From Alphaproteobacteria bacterium (lineage in GTDB: Bacteria > Pseudomonadota > Alphaproteobacteria > UBA828), in the NCBI GenBank assembly GCA_965237415.1, contig CBDEFM010000002.1, forward strand, positions 128,001 through 192,000: DNA of 64,000 nucleotides. The letters are read 5' to 3'. Below the pieces are notes generated by a model that saw only the letters and a program-made list of their open reading frames with translations, had not been told where the DNA came from and did no database searches. The position numbers were made by a program, and so were the translations under genes. Below are positions 61,452 through 64,000 of this stretch, one piece after another; the stretch's first letter is position 1; each line of letters starts with the position of its first letter.

Positions 61452-62666
61452 ATGTCGTACGCCGATATCGCCACCGCCTGCCTCCGGCGCCTGCCGCCGG
61501 AGACGGCGCACAACGCGGCGCTCGCCCTTCTCGGGCTCGGTCGGCTGCCGGCCCCGCCGCCGCCCGCACCGGCGCTCGCGACGACGCTCTGGGGGCTGCG
61601 CTTCCCGACGCCCGTGGGGCTCGCCGCCGGCTTCGACAAGGATGTCCGATGCCCCGACGCGGGGGCACGGCTCGGCCTCGGCTTCGGCGAGGCGGGCACG
61701 GTGACGCCGTTGCCGCAGCCGGGGAACCCGAGGCCCCGCCTGTTCCGCCTGCGGCGGGACCGCGCGCTGATAAACCGGTATGGCTTCAACAGTGCCGGCC
61801 TGGATATCGCCGTGGAACGGCTGGATCAGTGGCGCCGCGCGAATGGCGCGCCCCGCTGCCCGCTCGGGATCAACATCGGGGTGAACAAGGACAGCGCCGA
61901 TCCTGCGCGCGACTATGCTGACGGCGTCACGCGGGTGGCGGCGCTCGCCGACTATGTGGCGGTCAACGTTTCCTCACCCAACACGCCGGGGCTTCGGGCG
62001 TGGCAGACGGGCGATGCGCTCGACCGACTGCTGGCCGCGCTCGCGGATGCCTATGCCCGCCTCGACGCCGCGCCGCCGATCCTGCTCAAGCTCGCGCCGG
62101 AGATCGACGACGAGAGTTTGGCAGCGCTGCTCGACGCCATCGACGGCGCACCCATCGCCGGCCTCATCCTCACCAATACGACGACCGCGCGCCCGCCCGG
62201 CCTCGTCTCGCGTCGGAGGGGGGAGGAGGGCGGCCTCAGTGGCCCGCCGCTGGCGCCGCGCGCGCTTGGGGTGCTGCGGCGCGCCTACGCGTTTAGCGGC
62301 GGTCGCTTGCCGCTGATCGGCGTGGGCGGAATCGATTCGGCGGAGGCGGCCTACGCCCGTATCCGCGCGGGCGCGAGCCTCGTCCAGCTCTACACCGCCC
62401 TGGTATATCGCGGGCCGCGGCTCGTCGGCGAGATCACGCAGGGTCTCGCCCGGTTGCTTGCGGCCGACGGCTTCGCTTCGCTGGTGGACGCGGTCGGCGC
62501 CGATCACCGCGCACCCGCCTCGCGCGGTCACGATGCGTCGGCGATCTCCCGCGCGATGGCCAGCGCCGCGGCGAGCGGATCGGGCGCCTGCGTGATCGGG
62601 CGGCCGACAACAAGCGCCGTCGCGCCGGCGCGAGCCGCATCGGCGGGCGTCGCGACGCGCGCTTGA
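61452..62666 (+). CDS. pyrD: quinone-dependent dihydroorotate dehydrogenase with C-terminal extension into pyrF
   Basis: PETAH, GLAAGFDK, NRYGFNS, NVSSPNTPGLR, GGLSG, VQLYT. Confidence 0.93.
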   Translation: MSYADIATACLRRLPPETAHNAALALLGLGRLPAPPPPAPALATTLWGLRFPTPVGLAAGFDKDVRCPDAGARLGLGFGEAGTVTPLPQPGNPRPRLFRLRRDRALINRYGFNSAGLDIAVERLDQWRRANGAPRCPLGINIGVNKDSADPARDYADGVTRVAALADYVAVNVSSPNTPGLRAWQTGDALDRLLAALADAYARLDAAPPILLKLAPEIDDESLAALLDAIDGAPIAGLILTNTTTARPPGLVSRRRGEEGGLSGPPLAPRALGVLRRAYAFSGGRLPLIGVGGIDSAEAAYARIRAGASLVQLYTALVYRGPRLVGEITQGLARLLAADGFASLVDAVGADHRAPASRGHDASAISRAMASAAASGSGACVIGRPTTSAVAPARAASAGVATRA

Positions 62667-63253
62667 TCGGCCTTGCCGCTGTCGTCGCCGCTTGCCGGGC
62701 GGATGCCGGGGACAACGATATCGAAGCCCGCCCCATGTTGGGCGCGCAGCGCCGCAATCTCGTGCGGGCTCGCGATCACGCCGGCCAGCCCCGCCTCGCG
62801 TGCCAGCCCGGCGAGGCGCAGCACCTGACCGCGCGCCGTGTCGCCGATGCCCTGGCGCGCGAGTTCCGCCTCGTCGAGGCTGGTGAGCACGGTCACGCCG
62901 AGCAGGCGCGGTGGGGCTACGCCCTGGCGCGCGGCTTCTTCCTCCGCAGCCTCGCGCGCCGCCCGCATCATGGCGAGCCCGCCGGCGGTGTGAATGGTGA
63001 GATAGTGCGACTCCAGTGCGACTACGCTGCGCACCGCGCCCGCGACCGTGTTCGGGATGTCGTGCAGCTTGAGGTCGAGGAAGAGCGGCGGGCCGGCGGC
63101 GCGTACCGCGCCGATGCCCTCCGGACCATGGGCGCAGAAATATTCGAGGCCGAGCTTGAGGCCGCCCACCGCCGGCGCGAGCAGGCCCGCCAGACGCTCG
63201 ACCGTGGGCCTGTCGCGCGCATCGAGGGCGCAATAGAGAGAGACGTTCGGCAT
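62528..63253 (-). CDS. pyrF: orotidine-5'-phosphate decarboxylase
   Basis: FLDLKLHDIPNT, VTVLTS, PGIR, VVGRPI. Confidence 0.96.
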   Translation of the reverse strand: MPNVSLYCALDARDRPTVERLAGLLAPAVGGLKLGLEYFCAHGPEGIGAVRAAGPPLFLDLKLHDIPNTVAGAVRSVVALESHYLTIHTAGGLAMMRAAREAAEEEAARQGVAPPRLLGVTVLTSLDEAELARQGIGDTARGQVLRLAGLAREAGLAGVIASPHEIAALRAQHGAGFDIVVPGIRPASGDDSGKADQARVATPADAARAGATALVVGRPITQAPDPLAAALAIAREIADAS

Positions 63254-63373
63254 CGATACTCCGGTGCCCGGCGGGCTCGGATTGCGTTCGCGCGCTCCCG
63301 TCCGGCTCCCAATAGTTTACTCTCCGGTGCAAGAGGAGACGACCAGAGACGGGAATTAGGTGAGGGGGCGTCG

Positions 63374-64000
63374 ATGAGCGGAACGGCGGACGAGATTGCG
63401 GCGGTTTTGCTCGATACCGGCGCCTTTCTGATACGCCCCGAGGCGCCGTTCCGTCTGACCTCGGGGCTCTATGCGCCGTTCTACGTGAACTGTCGGCTGA
63501 TCCTGTCGCGGCCCGAGGCTCGCTCCAGGGCGGCGGCGGCGCTGGCGGACACCGTGCCGCGGCCCGGCGCCACGGTCATCGCCGGTGGCGTCACCGCAGG
63601 CGTTCCCTTCGCCACCCTCGTCGCGGACCGGCTGAGACTGCCCATGGTCTACGTCCGGGCCGAGGCCAAGGCGCACGGCACCGCAGGCCGCATCGAGGGC
63701 GGCAGCGTCGCCGGCGAGTGCGTCCATCTGATCGAGGATCTGATCTCCACCGCCGGCAGTATCCTCGCTTTCGCGCAAGCGCTGCGCGGCGCTGGCGCGG
63801 AGGTGGACGGCGTGAGCGTGCTGTTCTCGCGCGCGAGCGCGTCGGCACGGCAGGCGCTGGAGGAAGCCGGGCTCACGCTCACCACCATTTGCGATCTCGA
63901 CACGCTGCTCGCGGTGGCGCTCGGCAGCGGGCGCATCGACGAGAGGGCGCTCGGCGAGGTCCGGGCCTTCCTCGCCGACCCCGAAGGCTGGTCCGCCCAA
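63374..64000 (+). CDS. pyrE: orotate phosphoribosyltransferase (3' end beyond the window)
   Basis: Not in the ORF track. Manual translation: MSGTADEIAAVLL...PFRLTSGLYAPFYVNCR...YVRAEAKAHG...LIEDLISTAGS. Confidence 0.92.
   Translation, partial: MSGTADEIAAVLLDTGAFLIRPEAPFRLTSGLYAPFYVNCRLILSRPEARSRAAAALADTVPRPGATVIAGGVTAGVPFATLVADRLRLPMVYVRAEAKAHGTAGRIEGGSVAGECVHLIEDLISTAGSILAFAQALRGAGAEVDGVSVLFSRASASARQALEEAGLTLTTICDLDTLLAVALGSGRIDERALGEVRAFLADPEGWSAQ

Overview
High-GC alphaproteobacterial chromosomal segment (Rhodospirillales-like by inference). Support: a GAAC-N7-GAAC LexA box before imuA-imuB-dnaE2, the cinA/sfsA-map-radC block and alphaproteobacterial REP-type palindromes. Core content: fatty-acid beta-oxidation (fadD, thiolase, HAD/ECH fusion), a nitrilase-epimerase-DHDPS-M24 catabolic run, the SOS mutasome, nsrR/nirK, a 2-oxoacid dehydrogenase E1 alpha-beta fusion, ivd, tRNA-Leu(UAA), a fused CydDC-like ABC exporter, F420 genes cofC-fbiC and a pyrB-C-D/F/E cluster. 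Accessory content: a nested integrase/IS21/IS1595 scar, an IS481, three more AT-rich single-gene islands (GT4, TIR/SEFIR, a 1442-aa glycan synthase), a SLATT-like gene coupled to a 31-aa polyproline peptide, four toxin-less TA remnants and several dispersed repeat families, one inserted in frame in imuB. The most striking item is the 1442-aa protein. It combines a methyltransferase, a coiled coil built from 14 near-identical 42-bp repeats, a degenerate duplicate of that module, a CgeB-type GT and a GT2, which suggests a one-gene glycan polymerase/terminator with a repeat-tunable molecular ruler. All calls come from reading the sequence; no searches were run.
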